Assembly: GCA_001793155.1 (NCBI GenBank) | Contig: MGHI01000020.1 | Coordinates: 9,898-73,897 of the forward strand | Length of the DNA stretch: 64,000 bases | Origin: Candidatus Woesebacteria bacterium RIFCSPLOWO2_01_FULL_39_61 | GTDB taxonomy: Bacteria > Patescibacteriota > Microgenomatia > UBA8517 | Direction of reading: 5' to 3' | Shown: piece after piece, positions 9,818 to 18,188 of the stretch | Numbering within the stretch: the first letter of the stretch is position 1 | How the letters are laid out: the number at the start of each line of letters is the position of its first letter | Made by a program: the position numbers and the translations under genes | The notes under the pieces: generated by a model | Told to the model about the DNA's origin: nothing | Seen by the model: the letters and a program-made list of their open reading frames with translations, nothing else | Databases searched by the model: none

Positions 9818-11443
9818 ATGAAAATAAAAAATTTCACTATAAATTTTACAATTCAAAACCAAACTTTGGTAAAAGTTCAGAATTGGTTTGAGGAACACGC
9901 CTTAAGTTTAGTCGTCTTTGTTCTTACCGTGATTTCCGGACTTGTCTTTATTTATTACTACCTAAATGGTTTGGGACTTGCATACAACGATGCACGAAGT
10001 CATTTGGATATTGGGCGAAGGGTTGTAGAAGGATTAAAGCCGGGTCTTGCCCAGATCGGTTCTGTTTGGCTTCCTTTAAATCACATTTTAATGATTCCGA
10101 CGGTATGGAGTGATTTTATGTGGCATTCGGGATTGTCTGGAGCCCTGATATCAATGATTTCATTTGTTTTGACTGGGGTTATAGTCTACCTATTTTTAAA
10201 GAAGTTGGGGGTCGGACTCTTGGGCAGATTTTTTGGTGTTTTAGTATTTGCGGCAAATTTGAATATTTTATATTTACAGTCAACTGCGATGACGGAGTTA
10301 CTACTTATAGCGACGATGACTGCCGGGGCTTACTACCTCATGCTTTGGGCAAAAAAGGACACGGTTCTTGACCTTATTAAGGCAGCCTTTTGGATAATGA
10401 TGTCGACGACAGTCAGGTACGACGGCTGGTTTCTGCTATTATTTTCTGCCGGACTGGTTGCTTTAACCGTATTTTTTAAAAAGGGTTATAAAACAACCGA
10501 AGGGATGCTTGTTTTATTTTTGACTCTTGGAGGCTTCGGAATTGCTCTTTGGTTTTTATGGAACTTGGTCATTTTTAAGGATCCTTTATATTTTATTTTC
10601 GGTCCTTTTGCGGCCCACACGCAACAGGAACAATTGTCCGCTGCCGGTAATTTAGCCACTAAAGGAAACTTACTTTTATCGATTAAAGTATATCTTTACG
10701 CCTTGATTTACAACTCCTACGCTTACACCGCCATTGTGGGGTTTTTTGGAGCGATAGCATTATGGGTAAATAAAAAAATTAAGGGTGAGATAAGGGTGGC
10801 AAGCGTCGCTTTAACAACTCCGCTTCTATTTAACGTTATCGCTTTGTTTTTAGGATTTTCTGTACTTTTTATACAAGGTATAGCCGGAAACACTTGGTTT
10901 AATGTTCGCTACGGAATAATGCTTGCTCCCTCGATCGCGATATTTTCCGGTTATTTAGTAGATAAAGTTAAAGATTTAAGATGGATAATAATCGGTCTAT
11001 ATCTGTTTACCACATTTTTTGCATTCACCAGCGGAGATGCTGTAACAATCGACGATGCAAGGGTAGGGTCGAGCCAGAAAAACGTTACTGAGGTTTCTGG
11101 CTGGCTCAAAGCAAATACTTCCAATCGTGAAGGATTTGTTCTCATTTCAGCGGCAAGTCACGACGCAATAATCTTTTCCTCGGGACTTCCAATGAAAAAA
11201 TTTATTCACGAAGGAACTGGAGCGTATTGGCAGTCGGCGACAACGACACCCGATCACTGGGCTCGATGGATTGTGATGAGGACACACGATGACAACGATC
11301 TCGTGTGGAAAAGTGTCAGTCGTTCGGAGGGATTTATTAAGTACGACCTGGTAGACAGCTATCCTTTTGCTGATATATATGTATTAAAACAGGAAAATCT
11401 GCTTGATTTAAACACAAAGCCTGTATTTTCGAAACAAAAATAA
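9818..11443 (+). CDS. multi-pass membrane protein with C-terminal soluble domain, putative GT-C-fold
   Basis: 541 aa; N-terminal polytopic region (..AYNDARSHLDIGRR..), C-terminal ~150 aa hydrophilic. Confidence 0.35.
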   Translation: MKIKNFTINFTIQNQTLVKVQNWFEEHALSLVVFVLTVISGLVFIYYYLNGLGLAYNDARSHLDIGRRVVEGLKPGLAQIGSVWLPLNHILMIPTVWSDFMWHSGLSGALISMISFVLTGVIVYLFLKKLGVGLLGRFFGVLVFAANLNILYLQSTAMTELLLIATMTAGAYYLMLWAKKDTVLDLIKAAFWIMMSTTVRYDGWFLLLFSAGLVALTVFFKKGYKTTEGMLVLFLTLGGFGIALWFLWNLVIFKDPLYFIFGPFAAHTQQEQLSAAGNLATKGNLLLSIKVYLYALIYNSYAYTAIVGFFGAIALWVNKKIKGEIRVASVALTTPLLFNVIALFLGFSVLFIQGIAGNTWFNVRYGIMLAPSIAIFSGYLVDKVKDLRWIIIGLYLFTTFFAFTSGDAVTIDDARVGSSQKNVTEVSGWLKANTSNREGFVLISAASHDAIIFSSGLPMKKFIHEGTGAYWQSATTTPDHWARWIVMRTHDDNDLVWKSVSRSEGFIKYDLVDSYPFADIYVLKQENLLDLNTKPVFSKQK

Positions 11444-11461
11444 GTAATCGTTAATTAATTT

Positions 11462-12715
11462 ATGAAAACAAAGCTATTTATAATTTTATTTATAATTATT
11501 CCTCTAGTATTAGGATTGAAGTTATTGGCAATAAGGGGGAAGTATTTGGGAACTAAGGCAAGCTCTACAAACTGGTGGGAAATTCAATCTATTGACACCG
11601 TTAAATACTCGCGTGATCTGGCTCGGGAAAAAGCGAAAGATTCATCGTTTGACGAAGTAATTGACACGCAAGTCAGATTGATTGCAGAAACAGGCGCAAC
11701 TCATGTTGCAGTAGGTACCCCTTATGCTGAGGAATTTGTGCCATTTTTGAAACGTTGGGTTTCAGCAGCGAGAAAATACGGACTGAAAGTTTGGTTCCGG
11801 GGAAATGTTCCGGGGTGGGAGAGATGGTTCGGTTATCCTAAGATTGATAGGAACGAACATACAAGCCTTGTCAGAGAATTTATTTTGGCAAACGGAGCAC
11901 TTTTTGAAGAAGGCGATATATTTTCTTCCTGTACTGAGTGCGAGAATGGCGGACCCGGAGATCCGAGAAGGTCGGGAGACGTTGCCGGGCATAGGAATTT
12001 CTTAACAGAGGAATATAAGATAACTAATGATGCATTCAGGAAAATCGGTAAAAATGTCCGGTCAAATTTTGCTCCGATGAACGGCGACGTTGCAGCACTT
12101 GTAATGGATGAGGAAACCACCAATTCTCTCGGAAATATAGTAGTTATTGATCACTATGTAGGATCAACCGAGAAATTGGCAAAGGATTTAAAAAATATTG
12201 CAGAAAAAAGTGGTGGCAAGGTTATTCTTGGGGAGTTTGGTGCCCCTATATCAAACATACACGCGAATTTTAATGAAGAAGAACAAGCAACCTGGATTAG
12301 ATTGGCATTAAGCGAAATATCCGACATACCTGAATTGATGGGTGTAAATTACTGGACAAGTTTTGGAGGAAGTACGAGGCTTTGGGATAGTGATTATAGG
12401 CCAAGAAAAGCTGTTGAAGTTATTCGTGGTTATTATAAACCAAGAGTAGTTGAAGGATTGGTAAGCGACGAACGCGGTAAGGCAGTCAAGAAAGCGGATG
12501 TTATAGTCGGTTCAAAACAATTGTTAACAACTAATAGCGGGATTTTTGTACTTCCTGTTAATTCTGAAAAAGTAACAATTACAATACAGGCGGACGGGTA
12601 TATTACTCAGCAATTAGAAATCGACAGCGAAAAAAACATAGAGATTATTCTTATTAAAGGTGAAGAAAATATTCTCTTTAAGATACAGAAGTTTATCTAC
12701 CAGATTACACATTAA
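11462..12715 (+). CDS. secreted/anchored glycoside-hydrolase-like protein with C-terminal Ig/CarbopepD_reg-like domain
   Basis: N-terminal signal/TM; ..ATHVAVGTPYAEEF..KVWFRGNVPGWERW..CTECENGGPGD.. looks like a TIM-barrel hydrolase; C-terminal ..ADVIVGSKQLLTTNSGIFVLPV.. beta-sandwich. Confidence 0.35.
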   Translation: MKTKLFIILFIIIPLVLGLKLLAIRGKYLGTKASSTNWWEIQSIDTVKYSRDLAREKAKDSSFDEVIDTQVRLIAETGATHVAVGTPYAEEFVPFLKRWVSAARKYGLKVWFRGNVPGWERWFGYPKIDRNEHTSLVREFILANGALFEEGDIFSSCTECENGGPGDPRRSGDVAGHRNFLTEEYKITNDAFRKIGKNVRSNFAPMNGDVAALVMDEETTNSLGNIVVIDHYVGSTEKLAKDLKNIAEKSGGKVILGEFGAPISNIHANFNEEEQATWIRLALSEISDIPELMGVNYWTSFGGSTRLWDSDYRPRKAVEVIRGYYKPRVVEGLVSDERGKAVKKADVIVGSKQLLTTNSGIFVLPVNSEKVTITIQADGYITQQLEIDSEKNIEIILIKGEENILFKIQKFIYQITH

Positions 12716-12733
12716 AACTTGCATTATAGGTCC

Positions 12734-12801
12734 TATAATGTTAGAATACAGACATTAAACTCCTGTCCCGTGTGAGATAGTCACTGAGTCATCTCACGGG
12801 A
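12734..12801 (+). promoter_or_regulatory. TATAAT -10 box (about 12734-12739) followed by a bulged 11-bp hairpin (about 12766-12801) in the leader of the sortase-substrate gene
   Basis: tcctATAATg, then TCCCGTGtgAGAT-12 nt loop-ATCTCACGGGA; no U-tract follows, so it is not a classical intrinsic terminator. Confidence 0.3.
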
Positions 12802-12853
12802 TCACGTTAGCTGTAAAAATGCTATCTAACTGTGATCCATCTGCCATCTAAAT

Positions 12854-13720
12854 ATGAAACTTGTTAAAAGAACCTTACTTTCCCTAATCCTTTTACTAGG
12901 CTTGCTTTCCTTTGCCTCTGAAGCTAACGCCCAAAGTGCTCCGCCTGAATTTCCCGCCTGTACTAATCCCGGAGGGACGTTAAGAATATCTTATGCCGAC
13001 GGAGAGCACGCAATAGTCGGGGAGAGCGGGCTTAGGGTCGGAGCCGACGCAGTTTACGATCTTGAAGGAGGAAACGTACAGCAATGTTTCTGTTCGGTGG
13101 ACGGAAGCGGTGTGCAGACAAATTGGTGGAAGATAAGTTCACTTGATCAGGATGAAATTGACACTTTGGTAAAATTAGGCTGGAACTTTGTTCCGAGCGG
13201 AACACCTTGGGGGTTGGATTCAAGCGCCTATATGGCAAAAAATGAAGCTTACGCCTGCGGAGGAGGATTTACTACCACGACCACATCATCCGGAAATCCC
13301 GGAGCACCGTCCTGCACAGCCGATAGGCCCTCATCCCCTCAGATTACTTCTATTGTCAGAAACGGTTCTTCCGCAACTATTTCCTGGACAAAGAGCGATA
13401 AAGCGACCCATTATACAATTGCCTACGGAACAGTAGTCGGAAACTATCCTTACGGAGTGCCCAATACAGGAAATGTAACTTCCTATACAATTAACGCGTT
13501 GGATCCTAACACTTTTTACTACTACGAAGTATATGCGGTCAACATTTGTATGCCATCGGAGCCGTCTTCGGGTGGTCAGGTTTTGGGAGCTCCAACAGGT
13601 GGTGTGCTTGGACTAGCTGCAACCGGAAACCTGGAATTAATTGTTGCATATCTTACTATCGGAGCGGCATCGATTATTGCAGGTATTCTTCTTAAGAAAA
13701 GATCAGACCGTAAGGCTTAA
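12854..13720 (+). CDS. secreted Cys-rich/FN3-domain surface protein with C-terminal LAATG sortase sorting signal
   Basis: Signal peptide MKLVKRTLLSLILLLGLLSFASEANA; FN3-like ..PQITSIVRNGSSATISWTKSDKATHYTIAYG..YYYEVYAVN; C-terminus LAATG + hydrophobic span + KKRSDRKA; GC content and GC3 visibly higher than flanking genes. Confidence 0.6.
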   Translation: MKLVKRTLLSLILLLGLLSFASEANAQSAPPEFPACTNPGGTLRISYADGEHAIVGESGLRVGADAVYDLEGGNVQQCFCSVDGSGVQTNWWKISSLDQDEIDTLVKLGWNFVPSGTPWGLDSSAYMAKNEAYACGGGFTTTTTSSGNPGAPSCTADRPSSPQITSIVRNGSSATISWTKSDKATHYTIAYGTVVGNYPYGVPNTGNVTSYTINALDPNTFYYYEVYAVNICMPSEPSSGGQVLGAPTGGVLGLAATGNLELIVAYLTIGAASIIAGILLKKRSDRKA

Positions 13721-13730
13721 CTTTTTCTTC

Positions 13731-14273
13731 ATGAGAAATTTGCTTGCCAATACCTTTATCACCTTAGGAATAGTATTAATTATAATTGCAGGACTTTTGC
13801 TTTGGCAGAGGTATAATCCCCAAAGACTTGCTTTTTCCGACGTAGGTAACGAAATTAGTGAATCAATAAATGAAGAAAAGAATCTTCCTGTTGCATTAAA
13901 AATAGAAGATTTGGATATAAAGCTTCCGGTATTTCCCGCCAGAAGCCAAACGGGGAAATGGGAAACGACTACAAAGGGTGTTTCCTATCTGGTTTCATCC
14001 GCAATGCCGGGACAGGTTGGAAACAGTATATTTTACGGTCACAACTATAAAAATATTTTGGGGAATTTAAAAAATGCAAAACCAGGTCAGATTATTGAGG
14101 TAAAACTGGCAAACGGGGTTTGGAGAAAATTCAGAATTGAGTATGTTCAGACAGTTGCCCCCAACCAAACCGGAATATTGGATCAGACAGATGATAAGAG
14201 GCTAACCCTCTATACCTGCACCGGATTTTTAGACTCCAAAAGATTAGTTGTTACCGCCCTCTTCACACCTTAG
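13731..14273 (+). CDS. sortase (class E-like)
   Basis: Start at the internal ATG 13731, after the upstream stop; N-terminal TM anchor; catalytic Cys in ..RLTLYTCTGF.. (TLxTC), His in ..IFYGHNY.., Arg in ..KRLVVTA.. Confidence 0.75.
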   Translation: MRNLLANTFITLGIVLIIIAGLLLWQRYNPQRLAFSDVGNEISESINEEKNLPVALKIEDLDIKLPVFPARSQTGKWETTTKGVSYLVSSAMPGQVGNSIFYGHNYKNILGNLKNAKPGQIIEVKLANGVWRKFRIEYVQTVAPNQTGILDQTDDKRLTLYTCTGFLDSKRLVVTALFTP

Positions 14274-14280
14274 AGGTGAA
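14262..14280. repeat. REP-like palindrome (CACCT-TAG-AGGTG core) overlapping the sortase stop codon
   Basis: Perfect 5-bp stem with 3-nt loop and extended arms; the sortase TAG stop is the loop. Confidence 0.55.
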
Positions 14281-14334
14281 AAGGTATTTACACCCTGGGT
14301 AATTTAACATAATCTATATTTAGAGGAAAATCAT

Positions 14335-15009
14335 TTGCCAGGTAGGAAAATTCCACTCGTAAATGGTGAGATATACCATGTAATTAACCGTGGTATTGCT
14401 TCAAGACCCCTTTTTTTAATTAAAAGGGATTATAGGCGAAAACTTTCAACAATATTTTATTATCAGAATGTAAATTTACCTTTCAGATATTCATTCTTCA
14501 TTCGCTTACCGAGAGATAGGAGGCAAGTTATTCTAGACGGATTTAAAGATAAAAGAAATTTTCAAGTCGAAATAATAGCTTATTGTTTAATACCGAATCA
14601 TATACATTTACTATTGAAACAGGTAAGAGATAAAGGAATCTCAACTTTTATGAGTAATGTTACCAACAGTTATACCCGTTATCTTAATTCAAAAAGGCAT
14701 GAGATAGGTCCGATTTATCAAGGAAAATTTAAAGCTGTACGGATAGAAAGCGACGAACAGCTCTTACATGTCCAAAGGTACATACATCTTAACCCTTTCA
14801 GTTCATATGTATTAAAAAGTACGGAAGAGCTTGAGGGTTACCCTTATTCTTCCCTCCCAGAATATTTGAATAAGACTGTCTATGGATATTGTAAAAAAGA
14901 TATAGTTATGCACTTTTTTAAAGATAAAGTCACTTTTAGAGATTTTATTCTGAATCAAGCGGATTACCAAAGGAATCTTGACGAAATTAAACACTTAACC
15001 TTAGAATGA
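14335..15009 (+). CDS. REP-associated tyrosine transposase / IS200-like (Transposase_17, COG1943)
   Basis: TTG start; ..GEIYHVINRGIA..AYCLIPNHIHLLL (HuH) ..LHVQRYIHLNP..YPYSSL.. typical of RayT/IS200 Y1 transposases. Confidence 0.75.
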   Translation: MPGRKIPLVNGEIYHVINRGIASRPLFLIKRDYRRKLSTIFYYQNVNLPFRYSFFIRLPRDRRQVILDGFKDKRNFQVEIIAYCLIPNHIHLLLKQVRDKGISTFMSNVTNSYTRYLNSKRHEIGPIYQGKFKAVRIESDEQLLHVQRYIHLNPFSSYVLKSTEELEGYPYSSLPEYLNKTVYGYCKKDIVMHFFKDKVTFRDFILNQADYQRNLDEIKHLTLE

Positions 15010-15018
15010 CAGTTTTCC

Positions 15019-15048
15019 GAGGTGTGAAGCTATTTCACCTCTAAGGTG
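15019..15048. repeat. REP-like nested palindromes (GAGGTGTGAA..TTTCACCTC and CACCT-CTA-AGGTG)
   Basis: Inverted copy of the upstream element, directly after the transposase stop. Confidence 0.55.
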
Positions 15049-15054
15049 CACAAC

Positions 15055-15483
15055 TTAAAGTTCCATTTCGTCGACTTGTGGGGGCTTTTTAGAATAGTCC
15101 GACAGACGTAACCAACGTGGTGTAATTTTAAAAAAAACCGAATTGGCTTGCCCTCTATACTCGCTTAAATCCGGATGATCGGTAAAATAGGTTTGTTCGC
15201 AACTTGCGTACTCGGGACTGTTTTTGTCAATCAATTTAGCTATTCCGTCGTATTGAATATTCGCCTCTGTAAAAGAAAATCCAAAAACCAAAGATACTTG
15301 GTCGTTTTCCAATAAATTATTCCATTTTCTACTATCACTTTTTGTACTTAGCAAAATTGTCAAATCCTCTTCTATCGTATAAACCAGTGTCGCAGCTTCG
15401 GTTTTTCCGCTTTTGTCAGAAGTTGCTAAAACACAGAGCTTGGGCTCTCTACTTTCAAGAATTTTGTAAACTTCTTCTTTCAT
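15055..15483 (-). CDS. pyridoxamine 5'-phosphate oxidase-like FMN-binding split-barrel protein
   Basis: Start set at the internal Met (MKEEVYKILE..) because GGAGGGGG sits 8-9 nt upstream; ..SLVFGFSFTEANIQYDGIAKL.. is PNPOx-like. Confidence 0.5.
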   Translation of the reverse strand: MKEEVYKILESREPKLCVLATSDKSGKTEAATLVYTIEEDLTILLSTKSDSRKWNNLLENDQVSLVFGFSFTEANIQYDGIAKLIDKNSPEYASCEQTYFTDHPDLSEYRGQANSVFFKITPRWLRLSDYSKKPPQVDEMEL

Positions 15484-15571
15484 ACAATCACCCCCTCCGG
15501 TCAAGTAGCTCCCATTAGGAGTACTTAACAGAGCCACATTAAGCACCTAAGGTTACTCAATTGTGGCATAA

Positions 15572-16279
15572 CTATTGGGCGTTTTTTAATTTAAAAAGTT
15601 TTCCGATTTTATTTACAGATTTTTCTCGCCGCCAGTTTTCTATCTCTTTGTGATTACCGGAAAGTAGAACCTCTGGGACCTTCCAGCCGTGATATTTTTC
15701 GGGACGGGTGTATTGAGGATACTCAGTATAATTTTTAATTTTCAAGTTTCTAGTTTTTAATGAGGAATAGGATTCATCTATTAGAGAATTAGGATTTAGA
15801 ACCCCCGGGATTAAGCGGACTACTGCATCGACAATGACCATGGCAGGTATTTCACCTCCCGTTAAAATATAATCCCCGATGGATATTTCTTCGTCAACCA
15901 GGTGCTCTGCAACCCTTTCATCCACCCCTTCGTAATGACCTGCAATAAGAATAAGATTATCTAATTTAGAAAATTCTTGAGCTCTTTCTTGGTTGAAAGT
16001 CTTACCCTTTGCGGAAAGAAGAATAATTTTAGATTTACGATTTATGATTTTAGATTTAAGAGTCTTCAGTGCTCGGTCGATTATATCGACTCGGAGTATC
16101 ATTCCTGCTCCACCTCCGTATGGTCTACCGTCAACGGTCTTGTGTTTGTCAGTTGCCCAGTTCCGAAGATCGTGGATGCTAATTTCAACCAAACCATTAT
16201 CTTGTGCCTTTTTGAGCATGCTGGTTGCAAAAGGCCCGGAAAACATATCGGGAAAGAGTGTCAAAATGTCGATTTTCAT
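15572..16279 (-). CDS. trmD: tRNA (guanine37-N1)-methyltransferase
   Basis: [50 protein letters not shown].. canonical TrmD motifs. Confidence 0.9.
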   Translation of the reverse strand: MKIDILTLFPDMFSGPFATSMLKKAQDNGLVEISIHDLRNWATDKHKTVDGRPYGGGAGMILRVDIIDRALKTLKSKIINRKSKIILLSAKGKTFNQERAQEFSKLDNLILIAGHYEGVDERVAEHLVDEEISIGDYILTGGEIPAMVIVDAVVRLIPGVLNPNSLIDESYSSLKTRNLKIKNYTEYPQYTRPEKYHGWKVPEVLLSGNHKEIENWRREKSVNKIGKLFKLKNAQ

Positions 16280-16299
16280 GAGTATAGTATACTGCTTCT
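16280..16299. promoter_or_regulatory. 20-bp divergent gap with palindromic AGTATACT giving overlapping TATACT -10 boxes on both strands, each 6 nt from its start codon
   Basis: gagtatagtatactgcttct lies between the trmD start (16279, - strand) and the pgeF start (16300, + strand); symmetric spacing implies leaderless transcripts. Confidence 0.3.
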
Positions 16300-17085
16300 A
16301 TGTACCAAATTCCTGGACTCCTGAAATATCCGAAGCTATTCCACGCTTTTTCGGAGAAAACGGATGGCAATATGGCTAATTCGATATTAGGGAAAGTGGT
16401 GGACTTCGATAAAGTTTTGGATAATCGAAAACGATTTCTTTCTTCAATTAAGGTGCTGATAGATACTTGTGTATGTATGTGGGTGTTGGGAGAAGATGGA
16501 GTGCTCAAGGCTGACGAAGCGTTTGCAGGAGTAAGTATGGAAAATTATAAAAAGGCTATTAAAATTGATGCTTTAATTACTAATCAAACAGGATTGTACC
16601 CTTTTTTACTTACTGCTGATTGTGAACCCGTAATAATTTTTGATACTAGTAAGAAAGCTATCGGCTTGGTTCATGTTGGTTGGAAAGGGGCTGATTTGGA
16701 AATAGTGAAAAAAGTTATTGGAAGAATGAAGGACGAATACGGAGCGGTAGCCGAAGACTTAATAGTTGGAATCGGCCCCCATGCGTCCAGAGACTCTTTC
16801 GTAAAAGACAATCCGTCTCAAATCGATGATTCCAAATGGCAGCCGTTTTTAGAGAAAGTGATTAAAGATCTTCCTGAGCGAGCTCCGAGAGCCCAAGGAT
16901 ATAAAGTAGATTTTGCGGGATTGGTCAGACAACAGCTAATTCAAAGTGGAATAAGAAAAGAGAATATATTTGAAAGTAATATCGATACGGTTAAAGACAG
17001 TAGATTTTTTTCGCACGTTCGAGAAGGAAATTTACCTCTAAGTAAACAGGGCAGGTTTGCTTGTGTTGTGGGATTAAAGAGTTAA
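16300..17085 (+). CDS. pgeF: YfiH/PgeF-family (DUF152, purine nucleoside phosphorylase / peptidoglycan editing factor)
   Basis: ..LLTADCEPVIIFD..IGLVHVGWKGADLEIV..GIGPHA.. conserved His/Cys/His triad context. Confidence 0.7.
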   Translation: MYQIPGLLKYPKLFHAFSEKTDGNMANSILGKVVDFDKVLDNRKRFLSSIKVLIDTCVCMWVLGEDGVLKADEAFAGVSMENYKKAIKIDALITNQTGLYPFLLTADCEPVIIFDTSKKAIGLVHVGWKGADLEIVKKVIGRMKDEYGAVAEDLIVGIGPHASRDSFVKDNPSQIDDSKWQPFLEKVIKDLPERAPRAQGYKVDFAGLVRQQLIQSGIRKENIFESNIDTVKDSRFFSHVREGNLPLSKQGRFACVVGLKS

Positions 17086-17135
17086 CTCCTGGTGGTTGAT
17101 ATGCTACAATTCAAATACACCATAATGGTGTTTTT

Positions 17136-18188
17136 TTGTGCTGGGCTGATATTAGTATGAAACAAAAATTTTCTAAAATAACCCAATTTTTATTCAGACA
17201 AAAAAAACTCACTTTATTAATAATTGTTATTCTTGTAATAGCCGGTTATTTTATACGACGCACTTATTTTCCTTCAACCAGCGGGATTGAATCAACGAAA
17301 GTAGAAAAGGGAGTGGTACGGGAAGAACTAATTCTTTCCGGCGAAATTAAAGCAGAAGAGCATGCAAATTTATCATTCCTGACCCCAGGGAGTTTGGATT
17401 ATGTCGGTGTGACTGAAGGTCAAGAAGTAAAAAAAGGTCACGTTTTAGCAAAACTCGATACTGCGATACTCTATCAAACTTATCTTTCGGCTGAAGCTGA
17501 CCTTAGGCGCTATGGTGCATCGCGCGATAAAACCTATGACGATGTTCAGGGCCACGCAAAAGATGAAACCTTTGCCCAGAAAGAAACAAGAACGATTGCA
17601 GAGACAAATCGCGACAAGGCGTATAGAGCTTATGTTGCCGCCCAAGAGAACTTAGCTAACGCTTCACTTCGTGCCCCCTTTGATGGAGTCATTACTTCGA
17701 TTACACATCCTTATACGGGAGTAAATACGAGTTTGACAGAATCTCAAATAGAAATAGTCAATCCGGAAACTCTCTACTTTGAGGTGAGTGCAGATCAGAC
17801 CGAGGTTACGGATTTAAAAATGGGACAAAAGGTAAATGTAGTTCTTGATTCGTTTGCTTCCGAGGAGCTTCAGGGTGAGATTGCCTACATCGGCTATACC
17901 CCTAAAATCGGAGAAGTTGGTACAGCCTACAGGGTTAAAGTAAAAATGGTAAGTCAAACTGACACTGAAAAAATTCGGATAGGTATGAGCGGCGATTCAA
18001 AATTTGTTCTTTCAGAAACAGGCGACGTTTTATACGTTCCGCCTAAATTCATTAAAACTGATGTTAAAGGGAAATATGTAAAAAAGCATCGGAAAAATAA
18101 TAAAATTTATGTGGAAGTTGGAGTAGAAGGCGAAGATAGGGTGGAGATAAAAGGTGATATTAAAGAAGGCGATCTTGTGTATGATTAA
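17136..18188 (+). CDS. HlyD/MacA-family periplasmic adaptor (membrane fusion protein)
   Basis: TTG start (alternative ATG at 17157); N-terminal TM, coiled-coil, ..LRAPFDGVITSI.. beta-barrel/lipoyl motifs; possible TTGATA-17/19-CATAAT promoter at about 17096-17126. Confidence 0.65.
   Translation: MCWADISMKQKFSKITQFLFRQKKLTLLIIVILVIAGYFIRRTYFPSTSGIESTKVEKGVVREELILSGEIKAEEHANLSFLTPGSLDYVGVTEGQEVKKGHVLAKLDTAILYQTYLSAEADLRRYGASRDKTYDDVQGHAKDETFAQKETRTIAETNRDKAYRAYVAAQENLANASLRAPFDGVITSITHPYTGVNTSLTESQIEIVNPETLYFEVSADQTEVTDLKMGQKVNVVLDSFASEELQGEIAYIGYTPKIGEVGTAYRVKVKMVSQTDTEKIRIGMSGDSKFVLSETGDVLYVPPKFIKTDVKGKYVKKHRKNNKIYVEVGVEGEDRVEIKGDIKEGDLVYD

Larger units (their letters stand above)
14262..15050 (+). 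mobile_element. RAYT/IS200-like unit: Y1 (HuH) transposase flanked by inverted REP-like palindromes
   Basis: Upstream TTCACACCTTAGAGGTGAA (14262-14280) and downstream TTCACCTCTAAGGTG (15034-15048) are reverse complements of each other and bracket the transposase ORF. Confidence 0.6.

Noticed and set aside
12717-12739. TTGCAT followed by TATAAT as a complete sigma-70 promoter upstream of 12854
   Set aside because: The spacer between the hexamers is only about 9 nt. Only the -10 element is reported, with low confidence.
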